Shown here in pieces: positions 9,331 through 22,200 of a DNA stretch of 36,822 nucleotides. Position numbers and translations under genes: made by a program. Below the pieces are notes generated by a model that had not been told where the DNA came from, ran no database searches, and saw only the letters and a list, made by a program, of their open reading frames with translations. The stretch is from the NCBI GenBank assembly GCA_900753095.1, contig CAADXT010000166.1, positions 1-36,822 of the forward strand, in the 5' to 3' direction. Origin of the DNA: Eggerthellaceae bacterium (GTDB lineage Bacteria > Actinomycetota > Coriobacteriia > Coriobacteriales > Eggerthellaceae). Every line of letters starts with the position of its first letter. Within the stretch, counting starts at the first letter, position 1.

Positions 9331-10100
9331 TTACTGATTCTGGGATTCCTGCTGTTCAATGCCCTCGAACCGCATCGACACCGAATAATCGGCTCCTTTT
9401 ACCATATTAGTGCAATTTGGGTCGGTCCCCTCCAACCAGATGCGAACGATTGTCGGTTTGTCGGTATCGCGACCAGGCTAAACATGTTGGCAACCTCGCT
9501 TGACCCCCCAGGTACAATGCCGAACGTTGTCATTTGCCCCGAACCGGAGGCAGTGGCGCCCATATTGGGGTTGTACACCCACGTTCGCCCATCGCACGTG
9601 AAGCTCATGCGCATAGCCTCGGGCAGCCCCTGCACGTTCGAGGTGAACGCCGTGCCTGCCTCGCCGTTGCTGCCTGCCTCGCCGGTAAGGCGCACCACCA
9701 CGTCTTCGTGGCTGATGAAGTGCAGCGTGAACTCCAAGAACGCGCCCGTTTGCGCCTGCGCCGCCGAGCCGTCCTCGTAGGTGAAGCTCTGCCCATCGGA
9801 GGTGGTAACGGGTTGCAGCTTAGACGTGTCGATGTCCACACCGTTTTCCGCCGAGATGCGCGCCGATATCTGGTCGAAGCCCAGCGTGCTTACGTACTGG
9901 TTGAAGTCGTCGTGCGCATCCAGGTCGAAGCGCAGGGCGTTGCCGGCGTTCGCGGTAAGCGCGAACGAGCGCGCCTTGGCATGGTCGGCGATGGAAAACC
10001 ACGCGAACGTTGCCATAGCAATGGCCACCAGCGCAAACAGAACCAGCAGCAACGTGGTTGCCAGGCGGTGGCGCAGGTCTTGCTTTTCCTCTTCCTGCAT
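9331..10100 (-). pseudogene. SipW-class fibre subunit paralogue, frameshifted near 9469 (about 256 aa if repaired)
   Basis: ATFAWFS leader and LQPVTTSDG; the family C-terminus DTDKPTIVRIWLEGTDPNCTNMVKGADYSVSMRFEGIEQQESQNQ* lies in another frame ending at TAA 9331-9333, while the track ORF stops at 9399. Confidence 0.8.
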
Positions 10101-10991
10101 TTACGCCCCCTGTCCGTCAAGCACCGCGAAAAGGTTCACGTGCAAGATGCCCGTGTCGTTGTACAGATAGTCGGCGCTGTCCAAGTCGGTGCCCTCGATG
10201 TAGTAGTACACATCGAGCCGATACGTTGTGCCCAAGTCCATGGTAAGCAGCGTGTTCTGGGGGCGTGTGGCGTTCTCGCCACCCTGCATCATGTAGGAAG
10301 CGAAGTTCTGTGCGTTGTCGTTTGCGCAGGCCAGAGCACCGTTCTTCCAACCCAGCAGCATGCCTTCGGTATAGCCAGAAAGGCCGGTAGGCGCCGTGGC
10401 CGGGTGCTCAGCGCGATGCGAGCCCGCCGTGTCATCGAGCGTGAAGTAGCGGCTCTGCACCACTTCCCCGTTGCGGGAAAGCTTCAAGCCCACACGCGTG
10501 GCCTTCAGCAGCTCGGGGTCGGCGCCCTCTGGCGCCAGGGTGTCGCCCAGATACAGGCTCACCGCGCCCGTTGCCTTCGAGGCGCCCGAGCCTACCATGT
10601 TCGCGCGCATGTCCACCCAACCGTGGTAGTAGTGCTTGCCGTCCTCGGCCTGCACAAAGTGCACGGCGCGGCCCGCCTCGTCGGTGCGGGTGCATTCCGC
10701 AAAGCCGTTCAAGTCGAACGTGGAAACGGGGTAGAGCGTTAAGGGGCTGGAGCTGTTCGAAGAAAAGGCCACGTCTCCCTCTTGCGTCCAGCGGTTCGCC
10801 GAGGCATCGCCCAGCTCCACCACCAGCTTGCTTTCGTCGCTGTGCACCGAAACGGAGTTGGTGTTCACCGCTGTATTGCTGGTGAACCACGCATACGTTG
10901 CCGCCACCAGCACCGCCACGATAACCAGCAGCACCAGCGCCGTGCCCGCCTGCGTGAGCTTCAGCTTGGTTTTTTTCGCGTTCGCTTCCAT
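10101..10991 (-). CDS. SipW-class (TasA/camelysin-like) fibre subunit paralogue
   Basis: Basic N-terminus, hydrophobic helix, ATYAWFTSN; LYPVSTFD; YYIEGTDLDS. Confidence 0.75.
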   Translation of the reverse strand: MEANAKKTKLKLTQAGTALVLLVIVAVLVAATYAWFTSNTAVNTNSVSVHSDESKLVVELGDASANRWTQEGDVAFSSNSSSPLTLYPVSTFDLNGFAECTRTDEAGRAVHFVQAEDGKHYYHGWVDMRANMVGSGASKATGAVSLYLGDTLAPEGADPELLKATRVGLKLSRNGEVVQSRYFTLDDTAGSHRAEHPATAPTGLSGYTEGMLLGWKNGALACANDNAQNFASYMMQGGENATRPQNTLLTMDLGTTYRLDVYYYIEGTDLDSADYLYNDTGILHVNLFAVLDGQGA

Positions 10992-11000
10992 TGCGCCTCC

Positions 11001-11855
11001 TTATGCCTTGGCGCCCGCAAACGCGAACTGAAGGGTTAGGTTCTTCGACTGCGCCTCGGTGATGCAGTTGGCATCGCAGCCTTCCATGTGCACGAAGTAG
11101 CGCACGCTGGCTACCTCGTTCGCGCCTAGCGTAAACAGGGGCTGGGCGCCCGCACGCGTCACGGGGCTCGTACCCGAGCCGTCCATCGTGTGCGAGCCGA
11201 TGCTCTGCGCCGGGTCGGCGACGTAGCTCCACGAGCCCTGGCCGCCTACCACCACGTTGCTCTGCGTGGTGGTGCGCTTCGCCGTTGCCTGGGAGGTGTT
11301 ACCCAAGTCGTCGCACGAGAAGATGTAGGTGTGCGTGCCCGATGCGCTTTGCACCACGAACCCGATGCGCGCCGCCGCAAGCAGCTGAGGATCGGCGGAA
11401 ACGCTCATTTGGCTTTGGTACAGGTACACCGAAAGCGGCGCCTGCGCACCCTTCAGGTACAGGGTGCCGGTAAGGGCATACTCCCCCAGCTGAGAAGTGC
11501 AGTTCCCATAATCGGTGGTGATGCCGCTGGCGTTCTGGAACGTTGAGCGCCAGAAATTGGAAAGGTCGGCGGTGGAAATGGGGTACAGCGTTTTATCGGC
11601 CACCGAAAGCGCGCACTGCGTGTCGAACGGGCCCGCTTCGTTTGCGCTGATAAGCAGGTCGTAGCCTTCTTCCGAAACGGTGTGGGCCACCGGCGTTACG
11701 TTGGTGAAGCGCGAGCTGGAAAACCAGGCGAACGTCGCCGCGGTGAGCGCCAACGCCAACACCACCAACCAGGCAGCGGCGGCAACCATGTGCTTGCGGG
11801 CGGCAAGCACCGCACGCAAGTTCTTCTGGCGTTCGTTGTTTTCAGGCAAAGCCAT
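11001..11855 (-). CDS. SipW-class fibre subunit paralogue
   Basis: Start reassigned to ATG 11855 (MALPENN), just after the upstream stop; ATFAWFSSS; LYPISTAD; VHMEGCDANC. Confidence 0.75.
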   Translation of the reverse strand: MALPENNERQKNLRAVLAARKHMVAAAAWLVVLALALTAATFAWFSSSRFTNVTPVAHTVSEEGYDLLISANEAGPFDTQCALSVADKTLYPISTADLSNFWRSTFQNASGITTDYGNCTSQLGEYALTGTLYLKGAQAPLSVYLYQSQMSVSADPQLLAAARIGFVVQSASGTHTYIFSCDDLGNTSQATAKRTTTQSNVVVGGQGSWSYVADPAQSIGSHTMDGSGTSPVTRAGAQPLFTLGANEVASVRYFVHMEGCDANCITEAQSKNLTLQFAFAGAKA

Positions 11856-11863
11856 AGCGCCCC

Positions 11864-12736
11864 CTACCCCTGGCTCCCGGCAAAGTGCAGCGCCAGCGAT
11901 TCCAGGCTGGTGCCGCACAGGTTGTTGGTGCAGTCTGCGTCGCAGCCTTCCAGCCACACGAACACTTCCACCTGCACGGGCGTGCTGTGCTCAGCGCCTT
12001 CCGCCGCAGCGGGAAGCGTGCACAACTTGGTGCCGGGCTTGGTTACCTTGCCCGATTCCTCGTCGTACTGGCAGTAGTTGCTTGAGTTCAAGAGCCTGCC
12101 CGAGAAATCGACCGTGGAGCCATCGGTTTTCGTGCTGTCCAGCACGCTGCCCGCTTGGCCGTTCTTGGTGTTGTAATTCGCCTCGGGGTTGTGCTCTTGC
12201 GATATCTCGAACACATACTGGCCGGCCACTGGCTTATTTTCGCCTGGCTCGTGAACCAGCAGGCCCACGCGCAGCGCCGAGGAAATGGGGTTGTTGCTAT
12301 CGGTGTCGTCGAACTTAATGTCGGAAATGTACACGTCGGTTGGCAGTGAGCTGGTGGCAAGGTACAACGAGGTTTCGTAGTAGTCGGAGCGCTGCGCCGG
12401 CCCGAAGAACGTTGCCAGCAAAGACGATTGGGTGGGGCCGCCTGTGAAGCCGGTAACCTTTTGGAAACCGTTTTGGATGTTGTCGGTTGAAACGGGGTTC
12501 AAAAGGCCCTGGAACGAAAGGCCCGCATTCGATTTGTACTCACCGTTGTACTCGTTGGAAATAAGGAAGGTTACGCCGGTGCCTGCGGCCATCTTCACAT
12601 CGGTGATGTGGCGGTTTGCGTTGTAGATGTACCAGGCGTAGGTAACCAGCACGGCGGCAAGCAGCGCAACAACCAGCGTTACCAGCATGCGCCGAAAGCG
12701 CTTGCGCAGCTGTTGGGAATCGCGCGCTTCGTCCAT
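11864..12736 (-). CDS. SipW-class fibre subunit paralogue
   Basis: GGAGG RBS; VTYAWYIYN; LNPVSTDN; VWLEGCDADC. Confidence 0.75.
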   Translation of the reverse strand: MDEARDSQQLRKRFRRMLVTLVVALLAAVLVTYAWYIYNANRHITDVKMAAGTGVTFLISNEYNGEYKSNAGLSFQGLLNPVSTDNIQNGFQKVTGFTGGPTQSSLLATFFGPAQRSDYYETSLYLATSSLPTDVYISDIKFDDTDSNNPISSALRVGLLVHEPGENKPVAGQYVFEISQEHNPEANYNTKNGQAGSVLDSTKTDGSTVDFSGRLLNSSNYCQYDEESGKVTKPGTKLCTLPAAAEGAEHSTPVQVEVFVWLEGCDADCTNNLCGTSLESLALHFAGSQG

Positions 12737-13236
12737 TCAGGTTACCTCCCATCGCATCAAAGAACACCGCAGGCCACTGCAGCATACGTAATGTTCCATT
12801 TTACGTGATATGGCGCCGCCCCGACAGGCACGAGGAAGCAAAAGCTCCAGCTGAACTAAACGAACTTCACAAGCGCGGAATTCCAGGTTTCCACGCTTGC
12901 GAAGACTTCACAGCAACGCCTGTTTTTTGCTCAAGCGCTTAAAGCCACAGCTGCCTATTCGCCATTGCATAAAGGGGTATGTTCCTCATCCAATCCTGCT
13001 CGCGGTACGGGGAAAGCTAAATGTAAAAAATCGCACTTTTAAGGAGATAAAACTCAAAGAAAAAAAATCAATGCGGTTCTCCTCCTGCTTCCAGCCGATG
13101 AACCGGCAGATCGAAAAAGCGCAAAATAGCAGAATCGTACTGAATCGTTTGTTGCGATTCCGAAATTATCGTCACATTTTGCAATGCAAAATGATGCGCA
13201 TTTTTGCGTGCCCTTTTGCATGCGTTTCCGACGCGC

Positions 13237-13271
13237 AAAAAAGAGGAGACGGCTTAGCGCCGTCTCCTCTT
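13237..13271 (-). terminator. Intrinsic terminator after the giant gene
   Basis: Stem aagaggagacggc/gccgtctcctctt with a 5-nt loop and a T6 tract on the minus strand. Confidence 0.85.
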
Positions 13272-13297
13272 CGAAGGTTGAACGTCAATATCTGTCC

Positions 13298-16200
13298 CTA
13301 GTGATCGATTCCCTCAAGCTTCACCTTGGTTAGCGTGTAGGTGACGAAGTCGGAGTTCTCGTAGCCCTCGCCATAGTCCATTGCGTTAATGGGCGTATCG
13401 TTCACGCCGTTGCCTTCCATATGGGCCGTAAGCACCAGGCGGTAGTTCGCGTAAGGATGTCCAGCAGATTCAACATTGTCGGTTTTCACCTTCGCCACGA
13501 AACGATGCTTCAGCGCCAGGCTATCGCTATCGCGGGTGGCGAAATCCCCGCCTTCAGACCTCGTGTCGGTGAACACGATGCTGTTCCCATCGCCGCTTAC
13601 CCTGCCTGTACCCAGCTTGTCGCTTTCCGAAACAGCAAGGTAATTGTCGATACCGTCAACGTCCTCATACGCATCGTTTTCGTTCTTCTTCTGCAGCCTC
13701 AGCGTGTAGGTAACCGTCGTTGCCCTCTTCAGCTTCTCTTCTGCACCGCTGAGCTTCGACAGATCGTAGGTGCCAACCAGGACAATGGTGCCGTCGGCCT
13801 TATTATCCAGGTCGTCCACGTTGATGCCCAGCTGAGTCTTCTGGGGAGCCATCAGCCCAATAGTGGAAGAGCCGATGTCTTTGCGGTAATACACCGCCTC
13901 GCCGGCGGGATCGGACGTCATGCTACTCGAGCTCAACGTTTCCGCATGGGGCGAAAGGAACGCGCGATAGGTCGGCTTGGTGTATGCCGTAAGACCCGTC
14001 TGCGCATCATTGATCGATGCGGCAATCGCCTTATTGCACGCCTCGCCCGTCATAGTCAGGCTTGCCTCCATTCGCACAGCGAAGGGTTGGTATCCGCTGC
14101 TTGTTTTGGCCTTCTCTCGGATATCGCACAGGTCGATTGCCCTGCCATTCGAATCGGAAAGAACAAACGACATATCGTTTCCGTCGGCCTTCCAGTCCTC
14201 AATGACTGCTGCGGGAGTTTTATCAGTCTTGGACTCCCAACTCCATTTGCCTACCCCTTCATCATAGGAAGGCACGTAATAAGTTTCACCGATTTGCACA
14301 TAGAAGCTCACCGAGCCTGAAGTGCCGCTGGGGTACCCCGTAACACCGGTCAGCCTATCTTTATCGTAATTCTCCAACGAAGAGTCCAGCCGGAAATACA
14401 GCGAGTCGCCGCTGTTGTACTGGTTCTCTCCAGGATTGATAGTGTCGGTCACGCTCATGTTCAGCTCATTGGGTTTTTCGCCATCCATTTGCTGAACAAC
14501 GTTCTTTTTGTTGTCGGCAAGGGTTTGACGGTAGCTCGATGCGATGCTGTAGGTAGAGGCGGTGTTCTCACGCCTATCGGGTTGCGTCGCATCGTTCCTT
14601 CGCACGTAGTTGATGTTGGTGTTAACGTCGCTCTGGTCCGAAGCTGTCCCCAAAACGCCTTCTACGCTGGCGTTCGTCCCCTCAGGAACGCGTACCACCA
14701 GATAGAAGCTTTCGCTTTGGCTGTTTTCATTGGGAACTGATAGCCCGTAGTGAGGGGCGGAGGTTCCCATATTTTCGTCATAGCGATAGTAATGACCGTC
14801 AACTTTGGCACCGATCGATTCCTTGTCGGTTATCTTCGCGTAATCAGTGCCTAAGTCCAACCATTTTCCGCTTCCAGCCGCACCAACCTGAACGCCCATG
14901 GTTTCACTGAGCCACTTCTCTTCATAAGCGGTACCGCTTTGATCCTTGAAACTGGAAAGCGCTACCGAGCTGGCGCCTCCCGCCGGCACCGTATAGGTGT
15001 ATTCCTTGCTGTTGTTGGCAGGGTCGATAAGCACCAGCTGCGTGTTTTCGGGCAAGGTACCCGAAGTGCCGCTTCCCTCGAATTTGATGGTCTTGTTCAA
15101 AGGCCTCATGAAACCGCCGCTTTCCAGGTGCGTGTTCCAACCATATTCGGTGTTGATGCCCTTCGCCTGGTTGTAAGTCCAGGTAAGGTAGCCCGTCATA
15201 GCATCGCCCACGCTGGTAAGCACATGGTTGTTCTTTTCGGCAAGCTCTGCGTAATTAGAGCTCTTGTAATTCGTGCCATAGGTAAAGGTGGCAGCAAAAT
15301 CGATTTCCAGCATGCGCTTCACCACGATAGGCACCTGCACCTTGTACGTATGGTCGGCTCCGTCGTTGAAGGTAACGGTGAGCAGCGTGAAACGGCTTTG
15401 CTCGTTGTCCCATTTCGTGGACGCACGGAACAGCATGCCGCTGGTGCCATTGTTCAAGATTGCGAGAGAAGCAGAATCGTTGGGGTCAGCAACTTTAACG
15501 AACGACTTGCCACCGTCGCCGGATGCTACCAACTGAAACGCTTCTGCCGTTGCCGTAACGTACGGTTTGCCCCCGTCTCCGTTCAAGCGAACCGCATCAG
15601 AGAAACCGCCATTGGTAACCAGGTTCAAGTAATTCTTGACGGTATCGGCATCAGCGTCGTTGCCGGAAATAAGAAGAACGGGGAAATCGTTATCGACCTT
15701 GAGCGAGCTCTCCTTCACATTGCAGCTGTTGAAGCTGCTCTTCGAGCTCAATGCATTGTAGGTGTTGGTATTGGTGTACTCGCCCTGGTCGTTGCAGCCA
15801 CCAATGTTGGTATAGGTGTAGCTTCCATTTACAGCCTGGTGCGCTTCGGCTTTCGCCACATCATCTTTGATGGTTCCCGCTGTATCGATTGCAACGCCAT
15901 CGCCGAAGAGGCTCTTTTCGCTTGCATCCGAGTTGCCCTTAACCTTGATTTCGCTTACCGGGCTCGTGGTTACCCACGGGCTGGCAGCAGATACGGCAGA
16001 ATCGTCATCGCTGTAAAGCGTTGAACCGTCAACCTCATCGAAATTATCGAGGTAATCGCCGAAGGCTACGAACGACTTCTTGTTAACCGCTTTAGTGGTG
16101 GCGCCATCGGCTGAACGGATCACGGAAGGCGTCGCGGCACCCGCTTTCGGCTTTACGTCAACGCCCGTTGCGTACAAGCCCCTGAACCGCTTGACAACGT

Positions 16201-19200
16201 CGCCGCTTCCCACGATGCCCACCAGCACACCCTGGTTGCCATTGAAACTATTTTCCTCGAAGAGCAGGTTGGACAGGCGGAAGATGCCTCGACCATCGCC
16301 AGCCACGCCACCGGTATCGCTGCCGGTAAACGTAGTCGAGCAAATCGACGAATTCGAAACTGTAACAGACGACTTGTTGCTCCCTGAATCGTCTGCATTA
16401 GTGCTAATAGCACCAACGATGCCGCCGGACCACTGCCCAGTAATATAAGCCCCTTCTACCGTTACGCCATCGCATGTTATCTGCCTGCCGCCTCTCAAAG
16501 AGCCAACAAGCGCCGCACCGGCTCTGTCCGTCCCAACGCGAACATGCTTCACGCTCACGTCCTGGAATTTGGCAATGCTTCCGCTATCGATTTGGCCAAC
16601 GACGCCGCCGACATACCTCACATTTGAAGACGAATTCAGCGAACCAACATATGCTGAAGTTTTATCAGCGGAGGATCCGCTTGAATCGATATTCAGTTTG
16701 GCCGCCACGCAACCCACTTTGGGGTTTCCAGCAATGCCGCCAGTTCCGCTCAAGCTATCGTTGGTTACTCCGTACGAATTATCGACCGTAACGTTTTCGA
16801 CATTTGCGGCCTTGCAAGAGGAATCGATCGTGCCATCCGACGATGCATTCACCGACACAGGAGACCACGCTAATCCGACGAAACCGCCAGCAATACAGTT
16901 CGCCAGCGGCGTACTGCTTGATGGTTTAGCCTCATATGCCTTGATTGTCGAGTTCTTCGCAACGGTAAAGCTGTCCTTGGTAACGCTAACCTCAACCGAA
17001 GAATAGCGCCTGTCTTTGCCGTTGTTGCCTCCAACAGCAGCGACGAAGCCGCCAACGCGAGAAGCGCCATTCACGGTAAGGCTTTCATACCGGCAGTTGT
17101 ACAGCTTTACCGGAGAAGAATACGTGCTGGAGGGAGCATAATCGGCAATTCGGTTAGTGGTGCCATCAGTACGGCGCGATGCCCAGCCGGAATTGCCCAG
17201 CAAGCCGCCCGCCATAGAAGGCCCCGTTACCTCGCAATTTACAATTGCGACGTTGCTGTATTTGCCGCTATCGCCCAAGCTATCGTGGTTCGCGGTCATG
17301 CCCGCAAGAGCTCCAACACCCGAATGGGGGATTTTCGTATCATTGTCTGTCGCCACTGAGCTTGATGTTTTGAACTCGTCGTAAGAAACAGCGGAACCAT
17401 CTGCCTTTATGCAGGTCAACGAAACATTCGATTTCTTGCCTGCGTCACCAAGCTGCAGGTCTTTCACCACATAGCCACCATTAGCGGCAACGCTGCCGCT
17501 GGCATAGCTGTTGGTGTACTCGACAACGTTGAAGAGCCCACCCCACGACTGGAGGAAGTAGTTGTCGTAGACATACTGCTTCACCTGGCTATTGAAAACG
17601 ATCTTCGCGCCATTGCCGTTGATGCAGGCAACCTGCGGAATGATATGGTCGCGGTCGGCGCCAAAACCCGAAGCGCAGGCATTCGAATAGTAACGGCCAG
17701 AAAGCCCCACAAAGCCTGTACCATAGTCGGTCATATCGTAGGTGTCGTTGGCAAATTGGAGGTCCATGCCCGCACTCTTCGATGCGCATACATACCCCGT
17801 TTGCCACGTGGCGTAGTTCTTCACCAAATAGGGTGAGTTAACGGAATCCTCGGTTTCACCACCGTCCATCGGGTCGAGAGGGCCATGGGACGAAGCGTTC
17901 TGCCTTCCCGGTGCCTTAAGGTCATCGTTCTGGGATGTACTGAAGTCGCCAGCAGCATCCGTGCCCTTTCCCACCTCGGAATACGAAGCGTTGCGCACTT
18001 TGCCGTAAGAATCGTTGCCAAATTTGTACTTACCTGAAGCGGCACTTGTTCGCCCCGCATACGCGCGCGAACCGTTGAACGAGCCGAAACTGCCATCGTG
18101 ATAGGTACTATACACTGCGCCAGCACCAGCACCGCTGTTGATGATGGCGGAAAGAACCAGCAAGCCCTGGGCATTGTTTACCGTGGTGGTAATGGCCGTC
18201 TTGCTCGGATTCTTATCACCGTCGTAGTACTTGTTGGTTACGTCCCCCGTTTCAACGCAAGCCGTTCCCTTGCTTTTTAGCTCGTTGATCTTGTAGTTCT
18301 TGTTGCCATTGTCAACGGTGCAACCCTCGCTGAAGGCGTAGCCATCAATTACACGGCCAATATAGGGGTTGTTGTACAGGTCGCTGCTGTCTTTGACGCT
18401 GCTACGCCAAGAATCGCCCGCCATGTCACGGAATATCACGCCGCCGCCCGCAATGGCCCCAACATAACCGCCAATGGGAACAAGCTTGGAGTTGTCGCTT
18501 GTTCCGGAAAGCAGCGCCAGAGCTGCATCGGATATTGAAGAATCGGTTGCCTGGACAGAGAAGCTAGAGCTGCTCACCGTGACGCCATCGATGATGTTGT
18601 CGCCGCCCATGATGCAGCCGATTACGCCGCCGAAGAAAGCGGTAGGCACACCATCACTGTCATTCGCAGCGTCGTTGATCGCCGAAATGCCGGAGCTGTA
18701 TTCAACGTCAAGATCTTTGACAACGCTGCCATAGCTATAGGGAATCAGGCCAGAAATCGTGCCCGAGTTCGAGCTATCGGAAGATCCACCGTTCTTGATA
18801 ACAATCTTCCCGTTCTTGCCAGTGCCTGTTAAGTTGCCAACGATAACGCCCCTGAACGGGTTGCTCCTGCTGCCCAAGCCGGCAAACGACTGCACATCAA
18901 CTTCGATAGTGCCCGATTCGCTGCTAGGCTCAATGCTATAGTACGCACTCCGCAAATAACGGTGCATGGTGTCGGCATCAAGCGTGTCGCTGGCATTTTG
19001 CTTGTTCACCCATTTGCCCGTGCTCCGGCTGTAGACGTAGGTGGCCTCAAGCTGCTTGTTCTCTCCATCTTGGCGACGCTTGCAAAGCTGGGTTTGGTCG
19101 GTGGTTACCGTTACCTCCCAACCATCAAGTGCTGTTTTGTTGTTGACGTAGTTCGCAATTGCACCTAGCTCAGAAGCGTTCGTAACCGAATACGGGTCAC

Positions 19201-22200
19201 CGTAGGTGCCGCACCCCTTCGAGATGTTGGGCACGCGCTGGTTAACTTTGATTTCATGGTATTGCGCGTTGCCTGCCGTGCTTTTCCCCTGGCGGACATA
19301 GGGAAGGTAGCCGCCGAAAATGGGGTTATCCACGTTTGCTTTCTTGCCGTCAAGCTCAACCAAGCCGGCATCGGTTCCGTGCAGATCCTCGTCGTAGTAC
19401 CAAAGCTGATCGCCTTTGTATTCGCCGCTGCTGTCAATTTCCTTGCCGTATGTTACGTTGCCCGCTTCAGCTTCGCTTTTGATGAAGGTGTAGTCAGCCG
19501 AACCCGAATTCGTCAAACCGTAGCCGAAGCTATCCAGCAAGGTTGCCTTGGTGAAAATCGACTCACCAGCTTTACCAGGAAGAGCAATACCATTGAAGGT
19601 TGCGGTTACACGGTCGGCAGAAGCTCCGCCCAGCTTGCCGAAGAGGCTTGTAGCGGCCTTGGTACCGCTAGCGTAGTTTGCGCAATACACGTTTTTCACA
19701 TCAAGCGAAACGTAAGTCCTCATCCCATTGGTAAGCAGGGGGGGCGTACTCGGTGGAGTCGGAAACGCCGTCGACCGACAGCCCGTCCAAAGTCAAGCCA
19801 TCAATTGAGATTTTATAAGTCCCGTTTGTGCTGCTTCCTTCAATGTATCGGCACACTAAAGCACCTGATTTGCTTCCCAAAGCCGACCCGTCGGCATCGT
19901 TCACCACGCTGCCGATGGTACCCGCCAGCGTAGCATTCGCTACCGCTAAGTTGCTGTAAAGGGTTCGGGTTAAGCTGCTATGCATGTTTTCATGCTGGGT
20001 TCCCTGATCGTTTCGCTTGTTGTTAGCCTGCTCGTCTTTGATCTTCGAATAGCAAAATGTGATCTTTGCATTCTTCACCGCGAACGCATTGCTGTAATTC
20101 GTTGGATAGTAGCTATAGCCCGTAAGGTTGATATCCTGAACCGCGCCGTTGGCGCTGCCGATATTGATGGAGCCCTCAAAACAGTTTTTCATGCCATCGG
20201 GCACGATCAACGCTTTTACTTGCGGAGGGGCATAACGGCAAGCGCACATCAAAAGCAGTTCTTCGGGCGTGTTCAACCACGTACCGCTTCCATAGTTCTT
20301 TCCAGTCCCTTTAGCTACAGTAAGCGCCCTATCGAGGTTGTAGTAGTAGCGCGTATTCGCGTTGGTATTGTGGCTTTTCCCAAAGTTCGAACGATTCTGG
20401 TAGCTGTTATCGCTCGCAGAATTGCCGCTCATATCGAGTTTTTCGCCCTGGGTATGCAGCGAGACGATGGCGTTCCAGTCGCCATCGATGAGCTTGGCTT
20501 CGTTGCCGTCGCTATTAAAGCCACGACCCTTTGCCACCCACTCATCAAACACCGCGACCTTTGGAGCGTCAACCTGGATGCCTTCAACCTTGTACGCACC
20601 CGGATTGGCCTGCGTACCCCAGTAGGCGCGATCTTCCATATAAAGGCCAGCATAGTTTTCGGAACCATACCGCGTGTTTGAGTAGATGCGACCGCCCCGG
20701 CATACCAGCAAGCCGAAGGTATCTGCACTGCTTGCCGCAAACGAAGCGTTTCCCAAGTCGATTGCCTTTTCATCGATAACCCAATGACCGCTCGATGCGT
20801 ACACGAGGCCACCTAGCTCAGCAGCAGAATTCGCAGTTACGCTTGCACCACCATCGGCAACAGAAAGGGCGTAAGCGTTTGCCCCCTCAGCACCACCGAT
20901 GTTCACAAGGGCATTGCCCCAGCTGTACCCGAGCAAGCCACCTGCACCGTTCTTCCGGTTGTCGCATTTGCCGACATTCATGCTGAAGCCGCTATAGGTA
21001 AGGCCGGTTATATTGACGGTTTTGTAGGCCCGGTCGCCACCCTGGCCAATAGAGCCGATAAAACCGCCGATTTGCGCAATTGAGTTACTACCCTCTGCGG
21101 TAATGCTGCCGCCGATGGTTAAGCCCTTCACGTTGTAGACGGCAGCGGTGCCGTCGGCGTTTCCGGTATCGCCAGCAACGTGCCCAAGAGCGCCGCCCAC
21201 GCGTGTTTCCTCATTGCTGGTACCTTGCGCAGTTATAGCAGATTGAGCATTCGTGCCGCTTTCAAAGTTCACCTCTGAAGCAGATGAAGCGCCGGCGATG
21301 CCGCCCACGCGGATAATGTTGCCACCGAACGAAGAGCTATAGGTAATTGAGCTTTTAAACGTTGCCCCCGAAAGCGACGTGGCACCGGCGATGGAACCCG
21401 CGAGCGAGCCAGCATTCACGGCAGCACCGTTTTCGAATGCGATGGATCCATCGATAGTGACCCCCGTAATGGTTGCACCGCTGACCCCCGTAAACAGGCC
21501 AAGGCTGCTATGGCGATAGATCTTGCCGTTGCCGGCACTGGTGTCATTGGAACCGAGTTCGGTACCGTTGCGCATGCCATAGGGCTCGCCCACGGCCAGG
21601 CTGATGGTGCCGTTGCCCCTCAACGTGCCCTTGAACACATGGGCGGACTCCCATTCGCCGCCGCTTTCCGCCCTATAGGTGCTGTCCGTACCGGAAGGGT
21701 CACGGTCTTTCGTGAAGCCCGTAAGGCCCGTTCCCGCTAAATCGATGGTTCCCGTTACCTCGATAGTTGAAGAGGCCAAGCTGGCAACGCTGCCGCCCTG
21801 GATGCCGTCGACCATGGAAAAGTACCCGAACGTCTGCCACGTGATAGCGAGCTTCGCGAATGTATCGGCATTCGAAATGGAGTACGCTCCGTTCGCTGCG
21901 CTTAAAGGAGCTGCCAGGGCATAGGTATGCGCGTTCTGATCTACGGTAACCAGGTTGGCGCTGAGCTTGCCGCCCAAGCGGATAACCTCACCGTAATCGT
22001 GGATATCGTCAATCTTTTTGCCTTCGGAGGAGCGAAAGTACTTCCAACCGTCGTTACTGCCGCTGCCCGCTGCGAAAATCAGGGAATTGTAGTTTTGGTA
22101 CACGAGCTGAGCAGCATTGTCGGTTTCCGCAAACTTCGCGCTTGAGAGATCGGTTGAGCCGCTGAACTTGATTACGCCGCGCCATGCAGAGCCGGCAACG

